Shown here: one piece after another, positions 45,279 through 55,444 of the stretch
How positions within the stretch are numbered: position 1 is the stretch's first letter
Layout of the letters: each line of letters begins with the position of its first letter
Sequence record: NC_061447.1
DNA length: 64,000 bases
Reading direction: 5' to 3' (one strand)
Made by a program: the position numbers and the translations under genes
The notes under the pieces: model-generated
Database searches by the model: none
What the model saw: the letters and a program-made list of their open reading frames with translations, nothing else
What the model was told of the DNA's origin: nothing

Positions 45279-45743
45279 TTATAGCGCTAAACCTATACCG
45301 ATAGCTGCCGCAATGCGCGTCAACCACAATTGAAAATCGGCTGACTTCTGATCTTCAATACGTGCCTTGCGCTCTGCTGCTAAGTCATCGGATAGTCCGT
45401 TCGCCCTCACCTCTTCGGCTTGAGCCAAACGCAGTAGTTTGTTGCGTTCATCAATCGTCAGATTCAACACATCGAGTAGCTTGTTTCGTTCTTCGGTGCG
45501 TGTCTTACCTGACTCATACAAATTGATCAAATCAACCATTCCCTTATTGTCGAGCACTGCAACCTTCTTGTCGTCTACAACTTTGACAACGACTTGAGGC
45601 TTGGCAGGAACGGCTTCCTTTTCCCACTCAACACGATTGATCTGCTGAATGTCTTGCATGGTTGTTTTCTTGGTCGGTTCGATGCCAGACAACGAACTAC
45701 AACCAGTCACTAGCAAGCACAGGAGTAACGTGATTATTTTCAT
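45279..45743 (-). CDS. lipoprotein, spanin-like (o-spanin or unimolecular)
   Basis: Lipobox LVTG-C, coiled-coil body, hydrophobic C-terminus. Confidence 0.65.
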   Translation of the reverse strand: MKIITLLLCLLVTGCSSLSGIEPTKKTTMQDIQQINRVEWEKEAVPAKPQVVVKVVDDKKVAVLDNKGMVDLINLYESGKTRTEERNKLLDVLNLTIDERNKLLRLAQAEEVRANGLSDDLAAERKARIEDQKSADFQLWLTRIAAAIGIGLAL

Positions 45744-46036
45744 AGCTTATTGTACCTGTCCACCAGCTCGTCCATGCTGTCTTCTTTGGTCGGAGGCTTA
45801 ACATCAGTCTCAGGCTTCCGCGTGTTCAGTTCTTTCACCGCCTCGTTGACAGTCTTGCTGTCTTGGACTTGGTTCTCGATTGCTGCTTCACGCGTATTGT
45901 CAGCGGCTTTCTGTTCACCTGTGGTAGTTGAAGGACTTGTCTTAGGGCGACGGAACAACAACGCCGTAACGACAAGCACAATAACAGATGCGAAAACCTT
46001 CCAGTATTTTCTCACGATCTCAATAGCCTTAGACAT
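45740..46036 (-). CDS. inner-membrane spanin-like protein (i-spanin)
   Basis: N-terminal TM (YWKVFASVIVLVVTALLF) and periplasmic helix; overlaps the lipoprotein start. Confidence 0.55.
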   Translation of the reverse strand: MSKAIEIVRKYWKVFASVIVLVVTALLFRRPKTSPSTTTGEQKAADNTREAAIENQVQDSKTVNEAVKELNTRKPETDVKPPTKEDSMDELVDRYNKL

Positions 46037-46050
46037 AATCACGCACTCCA

Positions 46051-46359
46051 CTATTCGGCTTTGTCTTTATCCTGCTCCTGAGCTTTGGTGGTCTGCATGT
46101 TGACAAGGTTCTCAACTGTGAACGCCAAAGAGAAGTAGGTAAGATGGTCTGTCTGGCCGTTCATCAGTAAACCAATGAACATACCTGTAGACACAAACAC
46201 TGCGGCGACGGAAGAGATTGGATTCAGAGTCCAATACTCTTTCCAGTTTAAGCCTTCTCGCTTAGTCTTGACCACATAGTTCATCAAGACGCCGCCAACA
46301 TATGAAAGGAAGAAGGCTACGATTTGGATCGTTGGCATTTGTGATAACACATCACCCAT
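46051..46359 (-). CDS. holin-like membrane protein
   Basis: 102 aa, 2-3 hydrophobic segments, charged C-tail, upstream of spanins. Confidence 0.55.
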   Translation of the reverse strand: MGDVLSQMPTIQIVAFFLSYVGGVLMNYVVKTKREGLNWKEYWTLNPISSVAAVFVSTGMFIGLLMNGQTDHLTYFSLAFTVENLVNMQTTKAQEQDKDKAE

Positions 46360-46380
46360 GTTTAATACTCCCTATTAGAC

Positions 46381-46409
46381 AAAAAGAAAGGGCAGCCGAA
46401 GCCGCCCTT
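46381..46409 (-). terminator. intrinsic terminator
   Basis: Minus strand AAGGGCGGC-TTCG-GCTGCCCTT-TCTTTTT. Confidence 0.85.
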
Positions 46410-46414
46410 ATCGA

Positions 46415-46636
46415 TCAAAGTTGCTCAGAGGTAATCTGACCATCTTGATACAGTTCACGCTTACGCGCTTTCCACGAAGAGGAAAGTTCAGAGAAGAACT
46501 CCCTCATACGATCATCGTCCAGCTCAAACGGTTGCTGTACGCCATACTTCGCGCACATACCATTGAACGCGTCAGCATACTCCTTCTGGAGCAGTGACTT
46601 CTCTGCGCTTACGCTGATATACTGCTTAGCCGACAT
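46415..46636 (-). CDS. small hypothetical (virion?) protein
   Basis: ORF ending just before the terminator. Confidence 0.6.
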   Translation of the reverse strand: MSAKQYISVSAEKSLLQKEYADAFNGMCAKYGVQQPFELDDDRMREFFSELSSSWKARKRELYQDGQITSEQL

Positions 46637-46688
46637 AGCTACTGAAAGTTGCATAATACCATCCTCTTATCTGTACTCGCTTAAATTA

Positions 46689-47288
46689 TCAAGCGAATTT
46701 CAAAACGAGGTCGTTAATGATAACAGCTTTCGACTGATCAGTAGGCGTGGTATTGTTTGCGAATACCTTGCCTCCAAGCAGCTTCAAGTCTGCGCTTGAG
46801 TTTTCATCGCCTACACTACAGACTGCGAGGAAAGAAGCTCCTGCATCGTTGCTGCCTGTCTGCAAGTTAACTGTATTCGAATACGCACCGATGACGATAC
46901 ACCATGTAGGGAAAGCGTCTTTCAGGAAGTAGCTTGCACGGTAGTCGTTGTAGGTGTTATTCAGACGCATGTTCATCGCAGAAGACATAGGAACAATGAC
47001 GTTGTTTGCCATCTGAGTAACAACAGGCTTGTTGCCCGTCACACCGCCAACGTAGTCTGCAACACGCGCAGTAAACAAAGGACCTACTCGCGTATACGCC
47101 GCGTTACCACCAGCCAATTGCGTTCCCTCGGCAAGCAGCGACTGCACCTCTGCTTTGGTCGGCATCGTGCCTGTGTAGAACAAAACAGACATGGTAGTGG
47201 CAGTAAACGCCGTAGGTGATGCGTTACCGACCAAGTTGATAAGCGCATTTCGCATCATGGCGTTAGCGGTTGCTGGAAGCATCTTCAT
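46689..47288 (-). CDS. virion fibre-array protein, short paralog
   Basis: FYTGTMPT...FPTWC...VGDENSSADLKL shared with 48200 and 49851 ORFs. Confidence 0.7.
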   Translation of the reverse strand: MKMLPATANAMMRNALINLVGNASPTAFTATTMSVLFYTGTMPTKAEVQSLLAEGTQLAGGNAAYTRVGPLFTARVADYVGGVTGNKPVVTQMANNVIVPMSSAMNMRLNNTYNDYRASYFLKDAFPTWCIVIGAYSNTVNLQTGSNDAGASFLAVCSVGDENSSADLKLLGGKVFANNTTPTDQSKAVIINDLVLKFA

Positions 47289-48190
47289 TATACACTCCCC
47301 AAGAAGTTATCAGAGATGCGGATAGTGAAATCAGATACCGCAAGAGTTCCATACTGGCCGATAGACGGAGTACCGAGTACGATATCCGTACCTACATCAA
47401 GCACAAGACCATAATAGTCTTCGGCGCTTGCCCCAAGATAGGGCTGAGTTGTTGTAGGGACAGCAGGCGTCAGAGGTACGAGCACAGCGTGTGTAAAAGC
47501 GGCTGTAACGAAGTCACTGCCTTTCTCTGCATACGGCGTAAACATGATTTGGGTGACCGATGAGGTACCGTTCGTGTTGATACGCAGTTTACGTGCTGTG
47601 ATATCGACTTCATTCATACCAAGAGCAACTACGATGCGCGTCCACACCAGAGTCGTCGGGTCTTGATACTCCAGTCGGATATTGCCTGTGTTTATACCCG
47701 AGGTTGCGATCATAAATGAACGGAAACGCAGAGTACGTCCGTAGTCGTACTCCATTGTATCGTTCGCATCCCAAGACTGAGCAATAGGCAACGTAATGTC
47801 AGAGCAGGAGCAAACGTTGGCCATTATCTGCTGAGGTGTTTTAGACCAACCAATAGATGGTGTATAGCGCGAGTATTCAGGGAACACTGCATACGTTTGC
47901 ACAGACTGTTTGGTTGTAGTGTCAAATGCGACACGGCCTTGACCGTAGCCACCAATAGGCATCAGGCTTCTAACCTTGCTGTACTGACGACACAGAATGC
48001 CATTAGGGTCTGCGGTCTGCGTTTGGTACTTCAACTCAACGGCAGCGCGAGATGAAGCCACGAGATCAGTAAACGCTTTCGGTACGTTGTTGCTACTTCC
48101 GTTTCGGAAGAAAGCAGCCCAGCCGTTACTGGCGCTAGTACCAACTGTTTGCAGTAGCTGATACAGCGCCTGTTTTTCAGAGACTAACAT
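47288..48190 (-). CDS. virion fibre-array protein, long paralog with discoidin-like insert
   Basis: EYDYG...IRLEYQD...W...ARKLRI beta-sandwich pattern. Confidence 0.6.
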   Translation of the reverse strand: MLVSEKQALYQLLQTVGTSASNGWAAFFRNGSSNNVPKAFTDLVASSRAAVELKYQTQTADPNGILCRQYSKVRSLMPIGGYGQGRVAFDTTTKQSVQTYAVFPEYSRYTPSIGWSKTPQQIMANVCSCSDITLPIAQSWDANDTMEYDYGRTLRFRSFMIATSGINTGNIRLEYQDPTTLVWTRIVVALGMNEVDITARKLRINTNGTSSVTQIMFTPYAEKGSDFVTAAFTHAVLVPLTPAVPTTTQPYLGASAEDYYGLVLDVGTDIVLGTPSIGQYGTLAVSDFTIRISDNFLGSV

Positions 48191-48199
48191 AATGCCTCC

Positions 48200-48733
48200 T
48201 TAGAGTTTGATACGCATATCAGGTACGCGCACAGGCTGACCAGCAGTAACAGCACCACCAACGATTTTGAGATCTGCTGCGGAGTTCTCGTCGCCAACAG
48301 TACCGACGATGCAGTTGTACAGGTTGGTACCTGATACAAAGTTTGCCCAAGCGTCAGCGTTCGATGCCGCGGAGCACTGACGCAACATAAACCATGTAGG
48401 TGTTCCCGACGTTGCGATAGTGAACAGGTTAGTCTGAGCACTTAACGGCAGATTAAACACGTTGTTGTCGAAGTCCATAGTTGGAACGAACGCGCCTAGA
48501 GCAACGTTACCCAAGAAATTCGTCTGTGTTGCAAATGCTGAGATAAGTGATGCAGACCACGAGGTCATCGTGTTAGTTGTAGCCAGCAGTGTCTGCAACT
48601 GGTCATCTGTAGGAGGAGTGCCTGAGAACAAGGCAACGTGAACAGCTCCAGCCGTGACTGCCTGCCCTGGTGGCATACGGATGCAAAGAGCAATTTGGGC
48701 CTGGAGTGTGTTGTATGCTTTTGAGACGCGCAT
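48200..48733 (-). CDS. virion fibre-array protein, short paralog
   Basis: LFSGTPPT, GTPTWF, GTVGDENSAADLKI. Confidence 0.7.
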   Translation of the reverse strand: MRVSKAYNTLQAQIALCIRMPPGQAVTAGAVHVALFSGTPPTDDQLQTLLATTNTMTSWSASLISAFATQTNFLGNVALGAFVPTMDFDNNVFNLPLSAQTNLFTIATSGTPTWFMLRQCSAASNADAWANFVSGTNLYNCIVGTVGDENSAADLKIVGGAVTAGQPVRVPDMRIKL

Positions 48734-48734
48734 A

Positions 48735-49790
48735 TTAGTATACCTCAGTTGCGACAGGTTTATAGGTTACAGTGAACGAGCTTACAGCTTGTTCCTGCGC
48801 AGGGTAAACAGTGGCGTCATTGATAACGAGGTCAAAGTTTGCGGCCTGTTTCAAATCGTCAGTAACAGTCAGGCCATAGTGACCGAAGTAGCGTCCGTAT
48901 GCCACCGTGCTTAGGCCGTTAGACATAGACACAGAACCCCACGTTGTGGCATACATAACAGGCATGATCACTGCGTGTTGAATCTTTGCCAGAGTACGTG
49001 GTGACGTACCTGAAACGTAGTCGCCATAGAAGTGCAAAATAAACGGACCCAACCCTGTAGGGAATGGGTTGGTTGCCGCTTTAGAGACGACACGCCAGCG
49101 ACGACCTTGAACTGTAGCAGGGAGCTGGAAATACTTCTCGGATTGTGCTGTGGTGACGGATAGGTTCGTGTTGATGTTCGTCACGTCAACCCAGGAGCTA
49201 CCCTGCTGAACTTGCAGGAAGGTTAAGTTTCCTGCTGTGACACTGAACAAGTTATTCGCTGGTATCATGCATATTGCAGCCAAACTATTTACTACAACCT
49301 CAGCGCCAAAATCATATTCAGCAAGAGTCCATGACCCATCTGCGTTGACGTTCTTAACCGGAGGTACAGATGAGTTCGTTGAAATACACGGCCCAATATA
49401 TGCGGCTGTAGTGGACGCGGTGCGGTGGGCCAGAATAGTGAAGAACAACATATCAAGCTGTGTGCTGTTGAGGGACAGGTTGGCCACAAGATCTTGATAG
49501 ACAGTGCTGTATGTTGCGAAGGTCACTTTAGGCAGGACGCGCTTTCCACGGTAGCCCTGCACAGTAGTCCAGGCAGGAGCTGGAGATACTTGGTAGTTAG
49601 AGACAGCGGTAGGCACCAGTTGCTGCTGGGAGTTACCGATGTTGTTTTGCAGAAAAGCACGACCACTCACCATGTTATTCAACACAGTTTGGAGATCGTA
49701 GTTCAGTGTAGTCGGAAGATTCCCTTCCATGAAGGCGCCGAACACAGCAAGTGGTGTGTTCTGATAGATAGGTACAATTTTCATATACAT
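48735..49790 (-). CDS. virion fibre-array protein, long paralog (discoidin-like)
   Basis: WTLAEYDFGAE, WVD, LPATVQGRRWR, GRYFG...VTDD shared with the 50372 ORF. Confidence 0.65.
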   Translation of the reverse strand: MYMKIVPIYQNTPLAVFGAFMEGNLPTTLNYDLQTVLNNMVSGRAFLQNNIGNSQQQLVPTAVSNYQVSPAPAWTTVQGYRGKRVLPKVTFATYSTVYQDLVANLSLNSTQLDMLFFTILAHRTASTTAAYIGPCISTNSSVPPVKNVNADGSWTLAEYDFGAEVVVNSLAAICMIPANNLFSVTAGNLTFLQVQQGSSWVDVTNINTNLSVTTAQSEKYFQLPATVQGRRWRVVSKAATNPFPTGLGPFILHFYGDYVSGTSPRTLAKIQHAVIMPVMYATTWGSVSMSNGLSTVAYGRYFGHYGLTVTDDLKQAANFDLVINDATVYPAQEQAVSSFTVTYKPVATEVY

Positions 49791-49850
49791 GCCCTTGGTT
49801 TAAAGACAGTTCAAATTAATGACGTGGCAGCCGAAGCCACCACGTAGATA

Positions 49851-50375
49851 TCACAGCTGGATTGTCAGATCGAGGAAGCGATATGCTTGACCCGTCACAA
49901 TCTGACCTCCGATGAACTGGAGTTCGGCATCAGAACCCTGTGTACCCACAGAGCCAATCCAGAAGGGCCCTGTCAGACTAGCGCTGTACGCAAAACCTGC
50001 CCAGTTGTTCGATGCGTTTGCAGGTAGAATACGTGCAACGTAGAACGTAGGCGTACCGTCAGCAACACCAGTAAGAGTAGCAGCCTGACCAGCAAGAGGC
50101 AGTGTTACTGTACGCGCCTGTGTATTAACAACAGGTGTGATCGCAGCAGAGGCCAGTACACCGAGAAAATCGGCGGACACAAGTCCCAGGTTTGCACACA
50201 CGGTGTTCCAGTTCAGTAGACTATTGACAGCACCTGGAGGTAACACGTCAAGCGCCTTACTAATCTTAGGAGCTGTGCCTTTGAACAGACCAATATGCAG
50301 AGAGTTGGCAACGAGTGGTGTAGCAGGGAATCCCGCATTCATCTGAGCCAAAGAAACAGCTTTATTGCTAATCAT
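49851..50375 (-). CDS. virion fibre-array protein, short paralog
   Basis: LFKGTAP, GTPTFY, GSVGTQGSDAEL. Confidence 0.7.
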   Translation of the reverse strand: MISNKAVSLAQMNAGFPATPLVANSLHIGLFKGTAPKISKALDVLPPGAVNSLLNWNTVCANLGLVSADFLGVLASAAITPVVNTQARTVTLPLAGQAATLTGVADGTPTFYVARILPANASNNWAGFAYSASLTGPFWIGSVGTQGSDAELQFIGGQIVTGQAYRFLDLTIQL

Positions 50376-51448
50376 ACGCCCCTCCCTACGAGTGCGTCTT
50401 GCTTCACACGGAACGTAGGCACAGGCGCTTCACCGAATGCTGTGTTATACGTTGTGTCCAGCATTACGATATCGTTACTGGCTGACAGCTTAACGTCGTC
50501 GGTGACAGTGAAGTGTGTCATACCGAAGTATCGGCCAGCAACCGTAGCCTCTAAGGCAGGCCAGTTGAAGTGCCACTGGGTGCTGTTTGCATAGCTTGCG
50601 CTGGCAATCAGGTTAAGCACCGACATGTGTTTGTACTTACCCAACGTGCGAGGCTTAACACCTGTATAGTTGCCGTAGAACTGCAAGCTAAACGGATAGT
50701 GGCCAAGCGTTGTCCACGGCCATGATACTGATTTATTGATCAGCCTAAACTTCTGAGCTTTGACAGATGCAGGCAGCGTATATGCAATAGGAGCCCAGTT
50801 AGTTATTGTACGAACGTTAGCGTAGCAGTCTACCGCATCTACCCACTGATCATTAACGTAGGCTTGTAGTACGGTACCTTGTGTACCGAGTACCATAAGT
50901 GTGTTCACGGCAGCGCCTACTGAAACACCCACGAGACCTTTGAGTTCCATCTCGGCACCGAAATCATACTCGGCGATCAGCCAATTACCTGCTTCTGTTA
51001 GATTGTACTGAGGACTCAAGTACAGACTGGTAGTCGTTGAGAATTGGCTTGCCGCGTTGCCCATCTTGTGCGCAAGGATAGTAGTTGCCACACTCTCGTT
51101 ATACTTACCGACAGTTGCAGCAAAACGGTTGTCGAGTGCAGGCAGACGCAACTTAGGAATGATGCGAGTCATTGCGTTGATCGCAGCGCCATATCCGAAC
51201 GTGGCGTTAATCTCCACCCAAGCTGGGTAGAAGTTATTACCGACAAAGGTCGAGGCCGATACTGGCGTGTACTGCCAACGAAACGGCGCTGTGCTCATTG
51301 GCGTCTTTTGTAGCAGACGAATCGTAATGGCATCGTTGAACGTGCTGTGAATACCACGCTCACCATTCTCAGGCACGTCTGTATCGTACAACAGGCCGAG
51401 CGAGAACAGAGAAGCTACGTTCGCTGCCTGATACGGAAAGAGTTCCAT
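50372..51448 (-). CDS. virion fibre-array protein, long paralog (discoidin-like)
   Basis: WLIAEYDFGAE, WVD, LPASVKAQKFRL, GRYFG...VTDD. Confidence 0.65.
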   Translation of the reverse strand: MELFPYQAANVASLFSLGLLYDTDVPENGERGIHSTFNDAITIRLLQKTPMSTAPFRWQYTPVSASTFVGNNFYPAWVEINATFGYGAAINAMTRIIPKLRLPALDNRFAATVGKYNESVATTILAHKMGNAASQFSTTTSLYLSPQYNLTEAGNWLIAEYDFGAEMELKGLVGVSVGAAVNTLMVLGTQGTVLQAYVNDQWVDAVDCYANVRTITNWAPIAYTLPASVKAQKFRLINKSVSWPWTTLGHYPFSLQFYGNYTGVKPRTLGKYKHMSVLNLIASASYANSTQWHFNWPALEATVAGRYFGMTHFTVTDDVKLSASNDIVMLDTTYNTAFGEAPVPTFRVKQDALVGRGV

Positions 51449-51457
51449 AATGCGTCC

Positions 51458-52036
51458 TTAGCTGAATGTGATGTTGTTGATATTGACAGTGCCATTCAGG
51501 TTGAACGTACCATCACCGTTATCAGTCAGAGGAACACCCATAGAGATCAAATCTTGCGGTGTGAACTCAACCAGAGATGAAACAGAAGCCGTACCTGTCC
51601 CAAGAGCAGACACGCTATTGCCCAACAGCAGATACATGCGGTTGAACGCCTTAGCATAGGCGAAGCGACCGAGCGCAGTATACAGATCGAACATGCGCTT
51701 ACCGTTGCCCAGATTGACGATACGAATCGTACCAGACGAGGCAAAGGTTGATTCCATTACGCAGCCAGGAACGTTCGCTGTCAGGTATGTGCGCAATGAA
51801 GTCAGACTGAATGGTGCCTGCGCTTGGTTGTTCCACACTGAATCGGGAATAGTATCGCCAGCAGAGAAAACAAGAGCGGCAGTAACTTCGGCCGAGATCG
51901 GAATGCCACCCGCCTGTAGATTACCTGAGTTATATCCCACAAAAGATGCAGGCTGACACGGGTTTTCAACAGTCGGGTTGGCCGTTGACCCAAGCGAATC
52001 CCCGCGCATGTTGAGCATTGCTTTAGAGATATACAT
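51458..52036 (-). CDS. virion fibre-array protein, short divergent paralog
   Basis: LVFSAG.IP pattern; position in the alternating array. Confidence 0.55.
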   Translation of the reverse strand: MYISKAMLNMRGDSLGSTANPTVENPCQPASFVGYNSGNLQAGGIPISAEVTAALVFSAGDTIPDSVWNNQAQAPFSLTSLRTYLTANVPGCVMESTFASSGTIRIVNLGNGKRMFDLYTALGRFAYAKAFNRMYLLLGNSVSALGTGTASVSSLVEFTPQDLISMGVPLTDNGDGTFNLNGTVNINNITFS

Positions 52037-52941
52037 CAGCTACTCCTTTGCGTGAATCGCAGTTTAGGACAGTACATCAACGTCTTCTGACTTGGGATAA
52101 CCTGATCCACCAGCTTGAACGGACCCTGATTCCCCACAGCGCCGGCAGTGTACATGATGCTGTCCGAGTAATCGGTATCGCCGTGCGTGAACGTATTGCA
52201 GTGTGCGAGCGCCGCCCACGTAGGAGAAGTTACAGCAACAGAAGACGGCACATCAACAGAGCTGAGTAGCACACGCATAGCGCTTGCTGCGGTCAGGCTC
52301 GTTGACTTAAAGCGATAGCGCTTCGACGCCTTAGGCGCGGACAGAGACATGGCGGTGGCGTCACCTGTAACTGTGGAAGCTCCACCAAGAGTTGACTCAG
52401 TGGTTCCATCGTCAGATAGCGCAACCAACTGGAAGCCATCAGTCACGGCACTATTAAATTTGATATGTGTCACTGTGACAGCCGTATCGAACTCAATGTC
52501 AATATCGACACCACCGAAACGAACAGCAGGTTCTGCAACGCTACCAGCTCCCATAACTAACGTGATGTTACGATCAGTAACGCCTGAACGAGTGATACGA
52601 TGAGGCACAAGTTGAGATACCACAATAGCAGGAGTGCCAATGGTCCCATAGTACGATACCCCTTTAGGGATGTACTGAGATTGAAGGGCAAGTGCAATCA
52701 CGTTGCCGTTTTCAATACCAGTAATAGGGTTTCGCACAATGCCGATAGCTTGGTTATACATATCAGCAAGTGACTTATTGTTGAAGGCCGCTTCGAAGCC
52801 TTCTTTAGACGTAGGCAGTTTGCCACTAAACGCAAAGATGTTCCAGCCAGCACCTACGTTTGGGTCGTTGAGTAGTGCTGCCGTGTTTGCGTTCGTGCCT
52901 ACAACTGCTTGCGCCATGATACGTGTGTTAATGATCTTCAT
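52036..52941 (-). CDS. virion fibre-array protein, long paralog
   Basis: IFAFSGKLPT; IDIEFD...SKRYRF insert; AGAVG tail. Confidence 0.6.
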   Translation of the reverse strand: MKIINTRIMAQAVVGTNANTAALLNDPNVGAGWNIFAFSGKLPTSKEGFEAAFNNKSLADMYNQAIGIVRNPITGIENGNVIALALQSQYIPKGVSYYGTIGTPAIVVSQLVPHRITRSGVTDRNITLVMGAGSVAEPAVRFGGVDIDIEFDTAVTVTHIKFNSAVTDGFQLVALSDDGTTESTLGGASTVTGDATAMSLSAPKASKRYRFKSTSLTAASAMRVLLSSVDVPSSVAVTSPTWAALAHCNTFTHGDTDYSDSIMYTAGAVGNQGPFKLVDQVIPSQKTLMYCPKLRFTQRSS

Positions 52942-53396
52942 TAGCTCACCACCGGTGCAACAGATTTGTTATTCGCTTTCGTATCAGACAGGTCAAGCGC
53001 AGGAACCGACACACGGAACACGATGTTATCAAACAGCGGTTCAATGGTCTGGTCAGTCACGAAAGCACCAGTAGCCAGAGGTACGTCGATACGGCCTGGC
53101 GTGACACTGGAGTTAAACGTGCGGGCCGTGAATTTCGACTGCACCTGAGTGACAAGTGCTGCAACAAACACAAGCGTGTCTGCGCTCGTTATCTGCTGAT
53201 TGAGAATCTGTGACCAACGATACACAGGAATCGTTTGAGACAGAACATCAGCCACACGTTCCTGAGGAATGTATGTGGCTTTCTCGTTCGTCGTAGGCTT
53301 AGACGGCTGTGATGCCGTGCTGATTTCAAGCTGCGACATAACGAACACGAAGTCAGCAAAGAGATCAGGATCATACGCAATGACAGGTACAAACAT
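52941..53396 (-). CDS. virion fibre-array protein, short
   Basis: Coupled ORF in the array. Confidence 0.55.
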   Translation of the reverse strand: MFVPVIAYDPDLFADFVFVMSQLEISTASQPSKPTTNEKATYIPQERVADVLSQTIPVYRWSQILNQQITSADTLVFVAALVTQVQSKFTARTFNSSVTPGRIDVPLATGAFVTDQTIEPLFDNIVFRVSVPALDLSDTKANNKSVAPVVS

Positions 53397-53397
53397 G

Positions 53398-54486
53398 TTA
53401 TGCTCCTTGTCTCACGCTGTAGTTGTTGATGATAGGTGTATACGAGGCATTGCCTCCGCCGTAACCACCAGTTACCTGCTGTATTGTTGCTGTAGCCGGT
53501 TTGGTGACTGCGTAGGTGAACTGATCAACCTGAGTACCGTTGATATACACAGTATGTTGGTTGGTCGTAGCATCGTACACATACTTGATATGCACGATAG
53601 AGCCTGACCACAAAGCTGAATAGGCAGAAATAGAACGTGACACTTTGGCTGTAGCAGAACCGCCGTTAGTGTTGTTCCATATACACAGACCACGCTCGTT
53701 TGAGCGGTCGAATGCGATTGCAAAGCGGTCTGAGGTGCCTGTGCCGATCTTGAGTATTGACCATTCGGCATAATCAGCGTTACCTGATTGGTGGTAGTCA
53801 CACTCAATCGTGAATGACTTACTCGGATCGAAACCAGGAACAGATGGTGTTGAGATTACACCGGCAGTGCCGAGATCGATACCTTGACCGTCTGTGGCAA
53901 CTTTGGTTCCTGTCGATGTGTACGCAATACCTACGTAGTCAGTGAATGCTCCAGTGTTGAAGCAACCAAGGTCGAATGCTGTAGACTCAGAACCTGTCAG
54001 CCACGTAGCGCCAGTAGTCTCTGACCACATCTGCGTCAGGCTGATAGAGAACGCAAGGATAGTGATCTGCGTCTTATAGCCATTAGGGTCATACTTGATG
54101 TTCAGGTCAGGATAGAGCAACGTCACATCCGTGCCCACAGTCAGGCAGATAGGGAGAATGCCACCGAGAATGAGATGGGTAGGCACACCTTCCGCTAAAG
54201 CCGTAAGCAAGCAGTCAGAGATAGACAGCTTGTTGCGATCAATAGTACGAACGCAGTTAGTGCCTTTGGCCAACACAGTACAGATACCGCTGGACGCTGC
54301 AAGTGCTGCATCGAACACATATCCTGCGCCAGTTTGTGTCTGGTAGTTAAGGCACTTGTTGATATCTGCTTCGGTGTAACCCGCATTCAGCTTTACCAGA
54401 TAGCAGGACTTATCATCCGCCGTCGCTTGAGCAAACAAACGTGTCAACTGAGGCACAGCAGAGTTAGCAAACAACTTATAGTTCAT
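53398..54486 (-). CDS. virion protein with C-terminal LamG/ConA-like lectin domain
   Basis: SFTIECDY...HIKYVYD...VYINGTQV; start set at ATG 54486 after GAGGT. Confidence 0.65.
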   Translation of the reverse strand: MNYKLFANSAVPQLTRLFAQATADDKSCYLVKLNAGYTEADINKCLNYQTQTGAGYVFDAALAASSGICTVLAKGTNCVRTIDRNKLSISDCLLTALAEGVPTHLILGGILPICLTVGTDVTLLYPDLNIKYDPNGYKTQITILAFSISLTQMWSETTGATWLTGSESTAFDLGCFNTGAFTDYVGIAYTSTGTKVATDGQGIDLGTAGVISTPSVPGFDPSKSFTIECDYHQSGNADYAEWSILKIGTGTSDRFAIAFDRSNERGLCIWNNTNGGSATAKVSRSISAYSALWSGSIVHIKYVYDATTNQHTVYINGTQVDQFTYAVTKPATATIQQVTGGYGGGNASYTPIINNYSVRQGA

Positions 54487-54487
54487 G

Positions 54488-55444
54488 TTATACCTCGGTA
54501 GACAGACGAAGCTGGGCGACAGAAGCAAACTCACCAGGACCGAGTGCTGTAGAAAGTAACTCGATAGGTTTGCCGCTACCAATGGCGCCTACTTCACAGG
54601 CGAAGTAAGTAGGGATGTAGCTGCCATTCGCTAGAGCACCGTAGTTGGTGTCTTGAATAACAACCAGCGCTGTCTTAATCGTTCTGTATGCTGCGTTGCG
54701 GCCTACATCTGATGCAGTTACAGGCAGCACACGACGAGTACCAGACGTCTGAATGAAGCGATAGCGGTTGGACTGAGGCACAGCGGTAGCAATCACGTTG
54801 CCCTCTTGGTTTGCTGCAATCGACCAAGCGACAGCAGTACCAACAACGCCAGAACCATCAATAGGAGCAATGGTACCTGCTGCGGCAGTGCTCATATCAC
54901 CAACGTCAGACAGCACCGCATCAATCGTAACAGCGAAGTCAAACGTCAGGTCAGTAGTTGACAGGTGGAGGCCGGGCATGAGTGCGTCGTGAGGAACGCC
55001 CGCATAGTCCCAGGCACGATAGCCAGCAGGACCAGCTCCCCACAGAGCTTTGTTACCTGCATCGTTGCTTGTGGTGTACGCAGTTTGAATCTGAACAGAA
55101 GCCGCACCGTTATAACCGATAGGACGAGCCTTAGACGGGTAGTGTACGGTAGCGCCGTTCTTGATCTCATACACATGACCAGAACGAGCTTTCCATCCTT
55201 CCTGTTGGTCCATAAGAGGCAACAGGCCTTCTGTAGTTGGACGCAGTGTGAGTCGTGTTGCAGCAACAGCGTTGTCGAACAGGTTACGCATGTCCAACAG
55301 ATGCTGTGAGAAGTTACCTTGATCGGCCATCTCAGTGTCGAAGAAGAATACGTTAACAGGAATGCCGTTAGCCGCGTTCGACGCCCAACCAGAACCTAAG
55401 TTGAGCACACTGAAAGGCAGAAGGTTGTGTCCTAAGATGCGCAT
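54488..55444 (-). CDS. virion fibre-array protein, long paralog
   Basis: LTFDFAVTID...NRYRF insert; PTYF..EVGAIGSG tail. Confidence 0.6.
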   Translation of the reverse strand: MRILGHNLLPFSVLNLGSGWASNAANGIPVNVFFFDTEMADQGNFSQHLLDMRNLFDNAVAATRLTLRPTTEGLLPLMDQQEGWKARSGHVYEIKNGATVHYPSKARPIGYNGAASVQIQTAYTTSNDAGNKALWGAGPAGYRAWDYAGVPHDALMPGLHLSTTDLTFDFAVTIDAVLSDVGDMSTAAAGTIAPIDGSGVVGTAVAWSIAANQEGNVIATAVPQSNRYRFIQTSGTRRVLPVTASDVGRNAAYRTIKTALVVIQDTNYGALANGSYIPTYFACEVGAIGSGKPIELLSTALGPGEFASVAQLRLSTEV

